The notes under the pieces were generated by a model, which saw only the letters and a program-made list of their open reading frames with translations, was not told the DNA's origin and searched no databases. The position numbers were made by a program, and so were the translations under genes. Positions 14,337 through 23,513 of a stretch of DNA of 34,050 bases are shown here, one piece after another; within the stretch, counting starts at the first letter, position 1, and every line of letters begins with the position of its first letter. This DNA comes from a virus (taxonomy: Duplodnaviria > Caudoviricetes): positions 1 to 34,050 of the IMG/VR virus record IMGVR_UViG_3300049140_000091; one strand, written 5' to 3'.

Positions 14337-14963
14337 TCAGTCGATCCAGTACTCGCCGTTGATGCCGATCCACGGCGTGCCAGCCGCGGTCGGCCCGTCC
14401 TGGGACCACCACGTGAGGTCGCCTGCGTCACCGAGCGTGGAAGAGGTGTCGACTTCGAGGATCTCGACCTTGCCGACACCGATGACGACGTCGTTCGCCA
14501 GGGAGCAGGTCCCGGCGTACTGGCCAACCTGCTCCTGCGGGATACAGCTCGTGGGGACGGTGCCGAGCATGACCCCGTTGGTGGGGATGACTTGCCCGTC
14601 GGTCCGCTCGATCCGCCCGCGCAGGCTGACACGCTTGCCGACGAGACGAGCCTGCGGAGCGTAGCCGCCCGAACTCTGGTAGCCCGACGCCAACGTGATG
14701 TTCTGCCAGGCCGGGAGCGGCTCCCACACGGTGATCCACGTGTTGGTACCGCCGTCGGTTTTGATCCAGGTGGTGCCGTCGTCGGCGACCGCCACGGTGT
14801 GCTGCGGCGCGGTGGACAGGGTGGAGTTGCGGTCGGCGAGGTCGGTGACGGTCTGCACCAGGTGCGGGTCGAGGGCGGTGGCCAGATCGGCGAGGGCGCC
14901 GACGACGTCGGGGGTGTCCGCCCCTGCGGGCACCGGGAGTTGTGCGTATCCGATGGTGGGCAA
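14337..14963 (-). CDS. Minor tail protein (208 aa)
   Basis: TTG start with AGGAG RBS; LPVPAGADTPDVVGALADLA N-terminus and WQNITL...VSLRGRI beta-sandwich-like C-terminus. Confidence 0.75.
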   Translation of the reverse strand: MPTIGYAQLPVPAGADTPDVVGALADLATALDPHLVQTVTDLADRNSTLSTAPQHTVAVADDGTTWIKTDGGTNTWITVWEPLPAWQNITLASGYQSSGGYAPQARLVGKRVSLRGRIERTDGQVIPTNGVMLGTVPTSCIPQEQVGQYAGTCSLANDVVIGVGKVEILEVDTSSTLGDAGDLTWWSQDGPTAAGTPWIGINGEYWID

Positions 14964-14971
14964 GAGTGCTC

Positions 14972-15904
14972 CTACGCGGAGAAGGTGATGGTCAACTTGC
15001 CGCCGGTGACGGCCATGTAGTCGCGGCTGCCGTTGGCGTAGATCGCCAGCCCCTTGGCCGCGCCGCTCGCCAGCTGGGAGCGCCAGGACGCGGGCAGCGT
15101 CGCCGTCCCGGTCGCCCCGACACTCAGGCTGAGCAGTTCTTCCGGCCCGTCGTCGAGGTCGAGTTGGCCGGACGGGGACGAGGAGTGGTCGTGCAGGTAC
15201 AGGTGCAGCGGTCTCTTGGCGTTGACGCCGGCGCCGGTCTTCCGCGAGAACCGCACGGTCATCGCGGAGACGGTCTTGCCTGCGCACGCGTTCTGAATGG
15301 CCGACCCGTAGAACCAGGCCCCCCTGCGGTTGCCCCTGCCCGTCCAGTCGCCCTGGGTCGGTGAGGCCGCGTACTCGTCGGGCTTGCCGTTGCGCCAGGA
15401 GCCGGAGTCTGTGGGCGAGATGGTGACTGGCCGGGGCGCGGGAACGTCCGGTGTGCCGGGTGAGGGGTCGGCTGCCGAGGCGACCTTGAAGTAGACCTCG
15501 AGCTTGCCGTCGACCTTGCGGACGTGGACCTCGGTGGCCTGCTGCCAGCCCGACCCGGCCGGGGCGCCGGTGCCGTAGGTGGCGGCCCGGACGACCTGGG
15601 AGTCCAGGGCGGCCTGGACGGCGATCTCCTCGGTCGACGTCTGCTCGGTCTCGACGGGGTCGGCGCCCAGGCGCCACAGGACGACCGGCCGGGCGGACAG
15701 CCGCACCGCGACCCAGTCGCCCGCCTTGCGGTCGCGGTAGGAGTCCGGGCACGGCACCTCCAGCAGGAGATCCCCGTTGCCGAGCTGCAGGTTGACCCGC
15801 CCCGACTCGGTGACGTCGGCGACCTCCACCGAGATCACATCGCCTTTGCCGGACGCTCCGGTACGGGCGAGGGCGGCGCCGAGCAGGTCCGCGGAGTCCG
15901 TCAC
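14972..15904 (-). CDS. Minor tail protein (310 aa)
   Basis: GAGGAGG RBS; GTG overlaps the upstream TGA; position in the tail module. Confidence 0.75.
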   Translation of the reverse strand: MTDSADLLGAALARTGASGKGDVISVEVADVTESGRVNLQLGNGDLLLEVPCPDSYRDRKAGDWVAVRLSARPVVLWRLGADPVETEQTSTEEIAVQAALDSQVVRAATYGTGAPAGSGWQQATEVHVRKVDGKLEVYFKVASAADPSPGTPDVPAPRPVTISPTDSGSWRNGKPDEYAASPTQGDWTGRGNRRGAWFYGSAIQNACAGKTVSAMTVRFSRKTGAGVNAKRPLHLYLHDHSSSPSGQLDLDDGPEELLSLSVGATGTATLPASWRSQLASGAAKGLAIYANGSRDYMAVTGGKLTITFSA

Positions 15905-17064
15905 GTCAGCCTCCTCGTGGTCGTACGGGTCGCGCACGACATCGAGGCCGCGCCGAGGGTGTAGGAGAAGGAGTCGATGAGGTGCGGCTCGAACAGGTCC
16001 GGCTCGGTCTCCACCGACACCAGGTCGCCGGGCTCGAGGGCGGGGTTACAGACGGCGGTCAGGGAGAGGGAGGCGCGCACGCCGAGGCTGTCGGCGAGCT
16101 TGGCGGCTGCGACGTCGGACGCCTGGTTCGGTGTGGTGATGACTGCCGAGGCGTGCCGCTGGACCCGTAGCCGCACCCCGTACAGGCCCAGCCGCTGGGG
16201 TGCGAGCGGGTCGTTGACCGGGTCGGGTCCGGCGTAGGTCACCGAGTTGGGGTCGTCGTCCCACGCGAACGCGGGCCCCACGGCCGGAGCTCCGTCGCCT
16301 CCGTCGCCGGTGACGGCCCACACGTTCGCCAGGCCCTCGGCGGTCTGCTCGGCCTGCGGCTCCACCAGGGCGCCGCCCTGCCCCCGCCGGATGGTCCACA
16401 CCACCGGATCGTTGAGGGTGGGGACGGGGCCGATGGTGATGATGCCGCGGGCGTCCGCCCAGATCTCCCCGGCCAGCGCCGAGACGATTCCGCTGTCGGT
16501 GCCCGTGCTGTCGGCGCCGCCGGACAGCACCATCCATCGGTCCTCCGTGGCCGCGATCTGCGGCACCTGGATGTCCGGGTTGATCCCGGACCGCCACGAC
16601 ACGGGAATGCCCGGCAGCGCTTCCCCGACGAGTCCTTCGACCAGGTCGCGGGCGAGCCCGGGCCCGATCGTCCGCGCCGTCGGGAACGACGCGGCGCGCA
16701 GCTCGTCCTCGAGGCCGTCCAGCTCCACCGTCATCGTCCCCGAGCGGTTGGTGCGGGTGCGGGTGACGGTGTACCGGCCGGCCGGATACCAGATGGGATC
16801 CGTACGCGGCAGCTGCACGCCCTGCCACAGGCGGACGTTGGTGGCGATCGCGTTGACGCCGTGGCGGCCGCCGGTGACGCCGACCAGGTCGGCGCCGGCG
16901 GTGTAGCGGACCTCCGCGGTACGGTCCGCTGACACCGACGCCGACCCGGCCGCGATCGAACAGCGCGTCCAGGTGGCGCCGCCGTCGTTGGACCACTCCG
17001 CCCAGTACGGCCGGCCGACCGCCTGCGGGAGCGCGGCCAGGACGCGGGGGCTGATGGGCAGCAT
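15901..17064 (-). CDS. Baseplate hub/Tal-like minor tail protein (DUF5047-like, 387 aa)
   Basis: ATG overlaps the upstream stop (TGATG); C-terminal NPALEPGDLV motif; second gene after the TMP. Confidence 0.78.
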   Translation of the reverse strand: MLPISPRVLAALPQAVGRPYWAEWSNDGGATWTRCSIAAGSASVSADRTAEVRYTAGADLVGVTGGRHGVNAIATNVRLWQGVQLPRTDPIWYPAGRYTVTRTRTNRSGTMTVELDGLEDELRAASFPTARTIGPGLARDLVEGLVGEALPGIPVSWRSGINPDIQVPQIAATEDRWMVLSGGADSTGTDSGIVSALAGEIWADARGIITIGPVPTLNDPVVWTIRRGQGGALVEPQAEQTAEGLANVWAVTGDGGDGAPAVGPAFAWDDDPNSVTYAGPDPVNDPLAPQRLGLYGVRLRVQRHASAVITTPNQASDVAAAKLADSLGVRASLSLTAVCNPALEPGDLVSVETEPDLFEPHLIDSFSYTLGAASMSCATRTTTRRLT

Positions 17065-17942
17065 CAGACGGTCCCGTTGGTGGCCAGCGACGTGAACGAG
17101 GAGTACGCCGCCTCGACGGCGTCGTACGACGCGTACTGCCCGGCGAGGACGTCGTAGGACCAGTCCGGCATCCGCATCGGCTGCCCGTCCGTGTCCGGCC
17201 GCTCCACCTGGATGACCCCGGCGGTGAACGTCCGGGCGCCGTCCGGTGCGGCGTCCACGGACTCGCCGGGATCGGACAGCAGCGCGTACATGTCGGGGCG
17301 GTGGTAGCCGGGCTGGGTCTGCAGCAGCAGCACCCCCGGCGTGGTCAGCAGTGTGCGTACGGCCTCGATCGTGTCGCCGTCGGCGTCGAGGGTGATGTCG
17401 GAGGCGGCCGCCCCGTACACGTCCTGAGCGGCCGCCGGGAACGCACTGCCCGCAACCTGCGCTTGGTCGATGCGGGCGGCCCACGCCAGCTGTGGCCACG
17501 CGGTGACGGTGACCCGCGCCGAGCTGCCCGGCAGGTCCAGCGACTTCAGCCACACGTCCGCGGCCGGGGACGGCGCGGGCACCTGGATCCCCAGCGAGGA
17601 TTCCGGCCCCCAGCTGCCGTCCGCATACTGCGGGCGCGCTGTGTAGGTGACGCCGACTCCGAGCGGTGCCTCATGGTCGTAGGCCTGCCCGGTGCCCTCC
17701 AGCGCCCACGCCAGGTTCGCCCCCCGCACGGGCACGGGCGCGGCCGCGCCCGGGTCCTGGCGGGTGATCAGGACCCGGCGCACGTCGGCGGCGTCGGTGA
17801 GCGGGGTGCCGGCGTTGTAGTCGACGGCCAGGACCACTCCGGCCCAGGTGGTGTCGACGACGGCCGTCAGCCAGCTGTCGGGGCTGGTGACGGTCTCCGG
17901 CGGGGTGATGGGCGGCGCGTCCGGGTCCACGATCATCGGCAT
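17064..17942 (-). CDS. Distal-tail-like minor tail protein
   Basis: First gene after the tape measure; AAGGAGG RBS; YDHEAPLGVGVTY motif. Confidence 0.72.
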   Translation of the reverse strand: MPMIVDPDAPPITPPETVTSPDSWLTAVVDTTWAGVVLAVDYNAGTPLTDAADVRRVLITRQDPGAAAPVPVRGANLAWALEGTGQAYDHEAPLGVGVTYTARPQYADGSWGPESSLGIQVPAPSPAADVWLKSLDLPGSSARVTVTAWPQLAWAARIDQAQVAGSAFPAAAQDVYGAAASDITLDADGDTIEAVRTLLTTPGVLLLQTQPGYHRPDMYALLSDPGESVDAAPDGARTFTAGVIQVERPDTDGQPMRMPDWSYDVLAGQYASYDAVEAAYSSFTSLATNGTV

Positions 17943-17963
17943 CCGGCGGTGCCTCCTTCCTGT

Positions 17964-20900
17964 CTACTTCTTGCGGCCGGCGCCCGCCGCGCGGCGTACG
18001 CGGGTGAGCCCGGCGTCCACGCGGCCGTCGGCGCGGTCGTCGACGTACGCCGAGAACTCGCGTCCGTCCACGACCAGGCGCAGCCGGGTGCCCGGGGTGA
18101 GGCCCCGGGGGGTGGACGCGGACGCGGCGATGGATGCCGGTGACACGGCCGGGACGTCGGGGACGGCGGCGTTCGCGACCCGGGCGGCGGCCGCCGCCAC
18201 GGTGGCGGCGGTGTTGTCCAGGCCGACCCCAACGCCGGCGCCGGTCATCTCGCCGACCCACTCGGTGGCCTTGGACGGCGACTTGATCTTCAGCTTCTTC
18301 TTGATGCCGCTGACGAGCGCGTCGCCCAGCTTGGCCATCTGCTTCTGCAGCTCGGCCTCCTGGGCCTTCAGCCCGGTCAGGAAACCGCGCCCGGCCTGCG
18401 AGCCCGCGTCGAACATCGCGTCCGCCATCGCGTTGCCGTAGCTGCTCGAGAGCGAACTGCCCGACTTCGCCAGAGCGTTGAGCTGGTTGAGCTGGCCCTT
18501 GGACGCTCCGGACACGAGGTTGATGAGCGATCCCTCGGGGCCCTGCGCGACGAGCTGGCTGATCAGGTCCTGGTTCAATCCCTTCTTCGACAGCCCGGTG
18601 ATCTGCTGCTGGAACCTCTTCGCCTGCGCCTGGCGGGACTTCAGCCCTCCCAGCAGATCGGAAATTGTCGACACCTCTCCGACCTGAGACAGGGCGAAGA
18701 AGTCGGCGGCCGACTTCTTCTGGTCGGCGGCGGCCGACTTCGCGGCCTCGAGACGGGAGTCCACGCTGTCGCGCTGCCGGGCCAGCGCCTGCAACTTGAC
18801 GGAGGCCTTCGTGCTCGACGCGGCGAGCGCCTTCCCGGCGGCGCCCGTCGCGCGGAGGTCCTTGGTCAGCTCGTCGAACGCCTTCTTGATCTCCGCCGCA
18901 CTGGCCGTCAGAGCCTTCGTCACACCCGTCAGGTCACCCGGGATGTCCTTACGGGCGGCCGCGCGCGCCTTGGCGCTGCTGGTGCCCTTGGCGTATCCGC
19001 CGAGGACACCCATGCTGGGGGCCACCCGCAGAGAGTCGCGGTGGTTGAGGACCTGCTCCCCTCCGCCGAAGCGGACGAGCTCGGGGCCGAGCTCACCGAC
19101 CCACGCCCAGCCGGGTGTTGCGCCGCGTGTGCCCGTGGCGTAGCCCTTGAAGCCGTAGGTGTCGGTGAACAGCGAGGCCCGGTAGCTGCGGGCGCGCGAA
19201 CCGACGATGACACCGTCCCCGCCGCGCGACTCGACGTTGACGCCATTGATGGTGCCCGCGGTGTGGCCGACGCCGGCGTTCGTGATCCCGATACGGAAGG
19301 GTGAGCTCGCGCCCTTCACCCAGCCGGCCGGGGCCGACGAGCCGGAGAACGCTCCTGTCGCCCAGCGCCGGTGCGGCTTCTGCCCGCGGATCACGGACTC
19401 GATCGCCGACATGAAACCGGAGCAGTCCCACGAGGGATCCCCGTTGCCGCCCCACTGGTACGGCTTGCCGTTCTGGGTGCGCGCCCAGGCGAGGGCCGAC
19501 TTGAAGCCCTTCCCGCCGATGCCTGCCGCGCCGAGCTTCTTGTCCGCCGTATCGGTGTAGCTCAGCAGGGACTTGACCATCTTCTCCGGGACCTTGGTGA
19601 TCATGTCCCTGTACAGCGACGCGGACCCGGAGATCCGCTCGATGAGAGGCTTGACCACTTTGTTGATCCCGGCGAGGGCACTGGCCTTCATGCCGTCCTT
19701 CAGCCACGACACCCCAGACTTCGCCAGGTCCACGCCCTTGGACGCGGTGCTCTTCACCCAGCCGAAGATGCCGCCGTCCGCGAACCCGGGCAGACCCAGA
19801 GCGCGCTGCACGCCGCGGATTCCTCCCCCGCGTGCGGCGGCGTTCATGGAGTTGACGTAGCCGGGGCCGACCGCCCGCGTCCACTCCGGCCGCATGACGG
19901 CCTCGCCGCCGGACAGGGCCGCCAGGTGCACGTCCCGGCCCGGTGTGTAGCCGGGCAGGACGCCGCCGGTGGCGAACGTGTACGCCGGCAGCTTAGGAGC
20001 CCCGAACGCCCCAGCCACGGTGTTCCAGACACCGCGCAGCTTGCCGTACACCGTGTTCACGACGAAGACCACGGGCGCCTTCGCGATCCCCTTCACCTTG
20101 TCCCAGGCCACCTTGATGGCGTCCTTGGCCAGGCGGAACGCGTCGCCGACCTTTCCGACCGCCGCACGCAGCTTGTCCAGGACGGGCCGGATCCCGACGT
20201 TGTAGCCGTCGGCGATGACCGACTTGATGCCGCTCAGGGCTGGGGAGATGGCGTTCTTCCACAGCCAGGTGGCGCCCGCGCCGACGGCTCGGAACCCTGT
20301 CTTGACCAGGTTGAAGTACAGCTTGACCCCGGCCCACCAGAGCTTGAAACCGCCGATGATGAAGTCGATCACCGGGGAGATGGCGTAATCCCACAGCCAC
20401 ATCGCGGCTGCGCCGACGGCACGGAAAGCGGCTCCGACCAGGGAGAAGTAGAGCTTCACCCCGGCCCACCACAGCTTGAATCCGGCGACGATCCAGCCGA
20501 TCACCGGGGAGATCGCGTTCTCCCACAGCCAGACCGCGATCGCGCCGAGCGTGTAGAAAATCACGCCCACGGCCGTCGCGTAGATCTTCACGGCCGTCCA
20601 CCAGAACTGGAAGGCCTTGACTATGAAGTTGATCACCGGCTTGAGCACGACGTCCCAGAGCCACAGCGCCCATTTGGCGACGGCCTGGAACGCGCCCTGC
20701 ACGATCGCCCGGAAAGTTTCGCTCTTCTTGTATGCGACGACGAGCGCCACTCCGAGGGCGACCAGGGCGATCGCGATCAAGACGAACGGGTTCAAGGCCA
20801 TGACGGCGTTGAGGACCGCCTGCGCGGCAGCGAACCCGCTCGTCACCGCGGTACCGACCAGGATGGCCGCGCGGTAGGCGGAGAAGACAGCCGTGACGAC

Positions 20901-22235
20901 CGCAGTCGCGATGGCCTGCGCGTTGAGTGCGATGGCCAGGCCGCCTACCAGGGTGATCACCGGCAGCAGCCAGGCGCCCATGTCCTGCAGCCAGCGGACG
21001 GTGGCGGACCCGGCGGTCCACAGGCCCGTCAGTGCGGGCACCAGGACGGCGGCGACGATCGAGCTGGTGGTCTTGATGGGCGGCAGCAGGTAGGTGTTGA
21101 AGCCGCGCCCGACGCGGGCGACCAGCGGCAGCATCTGCCCGCCGACGACGCTGACGAAGTTCTGCTTGACCGACCGGACGAAGACCTCGAGCTCGTGCGC
21201 GGGCCCGGAGTGCAGCGTCTGGCCGAGCCGCTTCGCCGACCCGGCCACCTTGCCCATCGTCGACACGGCCTTGCCGGGATCCAGCTTGAAGAGCGCGGCT
21301 CCCATGTCCTCGGCCTGGGTGCCGAACAACCCGACGGCGGCAGCCTCGCGGGCGACCGGGTCCTTCATCTTCCGGAGCTTGTCGAGGACGGTCTGCAGGC
21401 CGGCTTGGGCGGCGTCGCCGCCCTGGCCGATCTGCTGCTCCATCTCCTTGGCGTCCAGGCCGAGCGTCTTGTACGCGGTGCGTGAGGTGTCGCTCATGTC
21501 GACCGCGCGGATGGAGAACTCTTTGAACGCGTCGGCGATGATGTCGGTGTCGCGGGCGCCGCCCTTGATGCCCTGGCTGAACAGGCCCAGGGCCTCGTTG
21601 GAGTCGATGCCCAGCTTCCGCATCTGGACGCTGTACTCCTGGAAGGTCTCCAGCAGATCTTCGCTGTTGGGGCCCAGCTTCTGGAAGCCGACCGTGATGA
21701 CGTCCAGCGCGCTCTTCGCGTCGGGCGCCAGCTTGTTCTTCAGCATCGCCGCGACGGCCTGCGACTGCATCGACATGTCCGTGCCGAACGTCGTCGCGAC
21801 ATCCGCCATCTGCGCGGCGATGGACTTGAGCTGCTTGTTCGTGGCGTCCGGCGGTACCAGACCGCCCTGGATGACGGCGCGGATCACATCGGCGCCGGCC
21901 TGGACGTCCTCGACGATGCCCTTCGCATACAGCTGCCCGGCGATCTTCCCGTACCGGGCGGCGTCCTTGCTGGTCGCACCGAGCTGCGCCTGCAGCGTGG
22001 AGCTGATGTTGGCCTGCTCCATCGCCTCGACGATCCCGGCGACCAGGACGGCGCCGGCGGCGACGCCGGCCGCCGCGGCGCCCACAAGGATCTTCTCCTT
22101 CAGGCTCCCGCCGGCTGCTTGTCCTGCTTCCTCGCCGGCGTCCTCGGCCGGGCCGATGAGCTGGCTGCGCAGCTCATCGGCGATACCGCGTACGGAGGGG
22201 ATGACCTGCAGCGTGGCGTAACCGACATTCGGCAT
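17964..22235 (-). CDS. Tape measure protein with an embedded NlpC/P60-like domain
   Basis: 1423 aa, Ala/Gly-rich; VGYATLQVIPS N-terminus; ADAFKEFSIR and LFGTQAEDMG phage-tail motifs; Trp-periodic repeats; KPYQWGG...DCSG...GHTAG. Confidence 0.93.
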   Translation of the reverse strand: MPNVGYATLQVIPSVRGIADELRSQLIGPAEDAGEEAGQAAGGSLKEKILVGAAAAGVAAGAVLVAGIVEAMEQANISSTLQAQLGATSKDAARYGKIAGQLYAKGIVEDVQAGADVIRAVIQGGLVPPDATNKQLKSIAAQMADVATTFGTDMSMQSQAVAAMLKNKLAPDAKSALDVITVGFQKLGPNSEDLLETFQEYSVQMRKLGIDSNEALGLFSQGIKGGARDTDIIADAFKEFSIRAVDMSDTSRTAYKTLGLDAKEMEQQIGQGGDAAQAGLQTVLDKLRKMKDPVAREAAAVGLFGTQAEDMGAALFKLDPGKAVSTMGKVAGSAKRLGQTLHSGPAHELEVFVRSVKQNFVSVVGGQMLPLVARVGRGFNTYLLPPIKTTSSIVAAVLVPALTGLWTAGSATVRWLQDMGAWLLPVITLVGGLAIALNAQAIATAVVTAVFSAYRAAILVGTAVTSGFAAAQAVLNAVMALNPFVLIAIALVALGVALVVAYKKSETFRAIVQGAFQAVAKWALWLWDVVLKPVINFIVKAFQFWWTAVKIYATAVGVIFYTLGAIAVWLWENAISPVIGWIVAGFKLWWAGVKLYFSLVGAAFRAVGAAAMWLWDYAISPVIDFIIGGFKLWWAGVKLYFNLVKTGFRAVGAGATWLWKNAISPALSGIKSVIADGYNVGIRPVLDKLRAAVGKVGDAFRLAKDAIKVAWDKVKGIAKAPVVFVVNTVYGKLRGVWNTVAGAFGAPKLPAYTFATGGVLPGYTPGRDVHLAALSGGEAVMRPEWTRAVGPGYVNSMNAAARGGGIRGVQRALGLPGFADGGIFGWVKSTASKGVDLAKSGVSWLKDGMKASALAGINKVVKPLIERISGSASLYRDMITKVPEKMVKSLLSYTDTADKKLGAAGIGGKGFKSALAWARTQNGKPYQWGGNGDPSWDCSGFMSAIESVIRGQKPHRRWATGAFSGSSAPAGWVKGASSPFRIGITNAGVGHTAGTINGVNVESRGGDGVIVGSRARSYRASLFTDTYGFKGYATGTRGATPGWAWVGELGPELVRFGGGEQVLNHRDSLRVAPSMGVLGGYAKGTSSAKARAAARKDIPGDLTGVTKALTASAAEIKKAFDELTKDLRATGAAGKALAASSTKASVKLQALARQRDSVDSRLEAAKSAAADQKKSAADFFALSQVGEVSTISDLLGGLKSRQAQAKRFQQQITGLSKKGLNQDLISQLVAQGPEGSLINLVSGASKGQLNQLNALAKSGSSLSSSYGNAMADAMFDAGSQAGRGFLTGLKAQEAELQKQMAKLGDALVSGIKKKLKIKSPSKATEWVGEMTGAGVGVGLDNTAATVAAAAARVANAAVPDVPAVSPASIAASASTPRGLTPGTRLRLVVDGREFSAYVDDRADGRVDAGLTRVRRAAGAGRKK
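20240..20663 (-). repeat. 132-nt (44-aa) tandem repeats in the TMP
   Basis: WLW codons recur at 20655, 20523, 20391 and 20259, exactly 132 nt apart. Confidence 0.85.
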
Positions 22236-22261
22236 AGGGCACCCCCGTGTTCAGTTGTTGA

Positions 22262-22711
22262 TCAGGTGATCGCCCCGGACTCGATGGCGCGGCGCCGGTC
22301 GGCGGCTCGCTCGAGGGCGGCCTTGCGCTTGGCGATGCGTTCGGGGCTGTTCTTGTCGCGGCCCCGGTTCATGCCCGGACGGGGCAAGGGCTTAGGCGGC
22401 TTGGACTGCTTGGACTCTTTGACGCCCTCGTTCTGGCGCTGCCAGTTCGCGATCCGCAGCTCGTCGATCGCGACCGCGGTCAAGTGCTCCTGCAGGCCCC
22501 ACACGCCGTCGGTGTCGCCCATCGCCATGCGCGTGCGGGCGCGCGGGGGGAGCTGGCGGATGTAGCCGCCGAGCTCCCGCCACGTCAGCAGCGGCCGGCC
22601 GCCTGCGTCGCGGGCGAACAGATCGCTGAGGCGGATCCCGTAGTACTCGCGCAGGTCGGCTTGGACTGCCTCGCCGTGCTCCCTCAGGAGTCGGACGAGG
22701 CCGGCGATTCC
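22262..22711 (-). CDS. Tail assembly chaperone, C-terminal (gpT-like) part reached by -1 frameshift
   Basis: Open from the slippery site: GIAGLVRLLREHGEAVQADLREYYGIRLSDLF...MAMGDTDGVW...; directly precedes the TMP. Confidence 0.82.
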   Translation of the reverse strand, partial: GIAGLVRLLREHGEAVQADLREYYGIRLSDLFARDAGGRPLLTWRELGGYIRQLPPRARTRMAMGDTDGVWGLQEHLTAVAIDELRIANWQRQNEGVKESKQSKPPKPLPRPGMNRGRDKNSPERIAKRKAALERAADRRRAIESGAIT

Positions 22712-23055
22712 CCCGGATCCGTGCCGCAGTGCTTACGGTAGGCCTTGAAGAGGGCCTCCATCTTGTACTGCGGCAGAGGCTGCTTCTGGAACTCTTCCCA
22801 CTGGTCTTCGCCGAGCGCGGTCTCGAAGCACGCCATCATCGCGCTGGCGTCGCCGCCGTCCGATCCCACCAGCAGCGGCCAGACGTTGAGAGCCGCGAGA
22901 TGCTGCATGGTGAAGCGCCTGTTCGGGTTCTGCTTGCTGGCCCACATGAAACGGAAGGGCCGCAGCTCGGTCTCGGATTCGACGGCGTTGAGGTTGAACT
23001 CGTACACCTCGCCGTCGCCAGACTGGCTGCCGGTCGCGGTTCGGGATCCTGCCAT
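22684..23055 (-). CDS. Tail assembly chaperone (gpG-like)
   Basis: 123 aa ending ...TDPGESPASSDS, with G GGG GAA near the 3' end. Confidence 0.82.
   Translation of the reverse strand: MAGSRTATGSQSGDGEVYEFNLNAVESETELRPFRFMWASKQNPNRRFTMQHLAALNVWPLLVGSDGGDASAMMACFETALGEDQWEEFQKQPLPQYKMEALFKAYRKHCGTDPGESPASSDS
22708..22714 (-). other. Programmed -1 frameshift slippery site GGGGGAA
   Basis: CCG GGG GAA in frame 0; the -1 frame is continuous with 22262..22528. Confidence 0.82.
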
Positions 23056-23059
23056 GGTG

Positions 23060-23419
23060 CTACTCGCTCTCGTTCTTGCTGGGCTTGGGCTTGAGGACTT
23101 GGACCGCCTCGGCCATGAGCGTGAGGCGGACGGTGCTGATGCCCTCGGGATTGAGGCTGATCTCCATCGGCTGCCTGGCGATCAGCCAGGGGAACGGGTC
23201 GCCGTCGACGAGGACTTGGCCGCCGGGCTCGACGACGATCTCCTTCGCGCACACCGGCTCGACGGCCTTCTCCTTGCGGGCCTCGGCACGCCGCTCCTCC
23301 ATGAGCGCGGCCGCCACTTTCGAGCGCTGCTGGCGAGGCAGGCTCTCGCCCTCGTTGATGACGCCGAGCTGTACGGCCTTCGCGGTCAGCTCGGCGTCGG
23401 GGAACTGCTGCAGAGGCAT
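23060..23419 (-). CDS. Hypothetical protein between major tail and chaperone (119 aa)
   Basis: GAGGAGG RBS before the ATG at 23419. Confidence 0.72.
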   Translation of the reverse strand: MPLQQFPDAELTAKAVQLGVINEGESLPRQQRSKVAAALMEERRAEARKEKAVEPVCAKEIVVEPGGQVLVDGDPFPWLIARQPMEISLNPEGISTVRLTLMAEAVQVLKPKPSKNESE

Positions 23420-23437
23420 GGGCCTTCGCCTCCTCAC

Positions 23438-23506
23438 GTCGCGGTTCGGTGGGTGGGTGATGCACCGGGGCGCGGTCCGAACCGCGACGAACTGCCCGCG
23501 CCCCGG
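23438..23506 (-). ncRNA. Structured cis RNA element: interleaved 11-bp and 12-bp stems (pseudoknot or switch)
   Basis: 23496-23506 pairs with 23465-23475, and 23477-23488 pairs with 23438-23449; both stems are perfect Watson-Crick. Confidence 0.6.
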
Positions 23507-23513
23507 GCGTTGG

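Noticed and set aside
11934-15020. 1028-aa plus-strand ORF and other very long antisense or alternate-frame ORFs (11554..14412, 19371..21485, 26682..28244, 29550..32423, 3016..4176)
   Set aside because: They shadow well-supported genes, have Arg/Gly/Pro-rich or mirror-codon composition and show no motifs. Such ORFs are expected in high-GC DNA where stop codons are rare.
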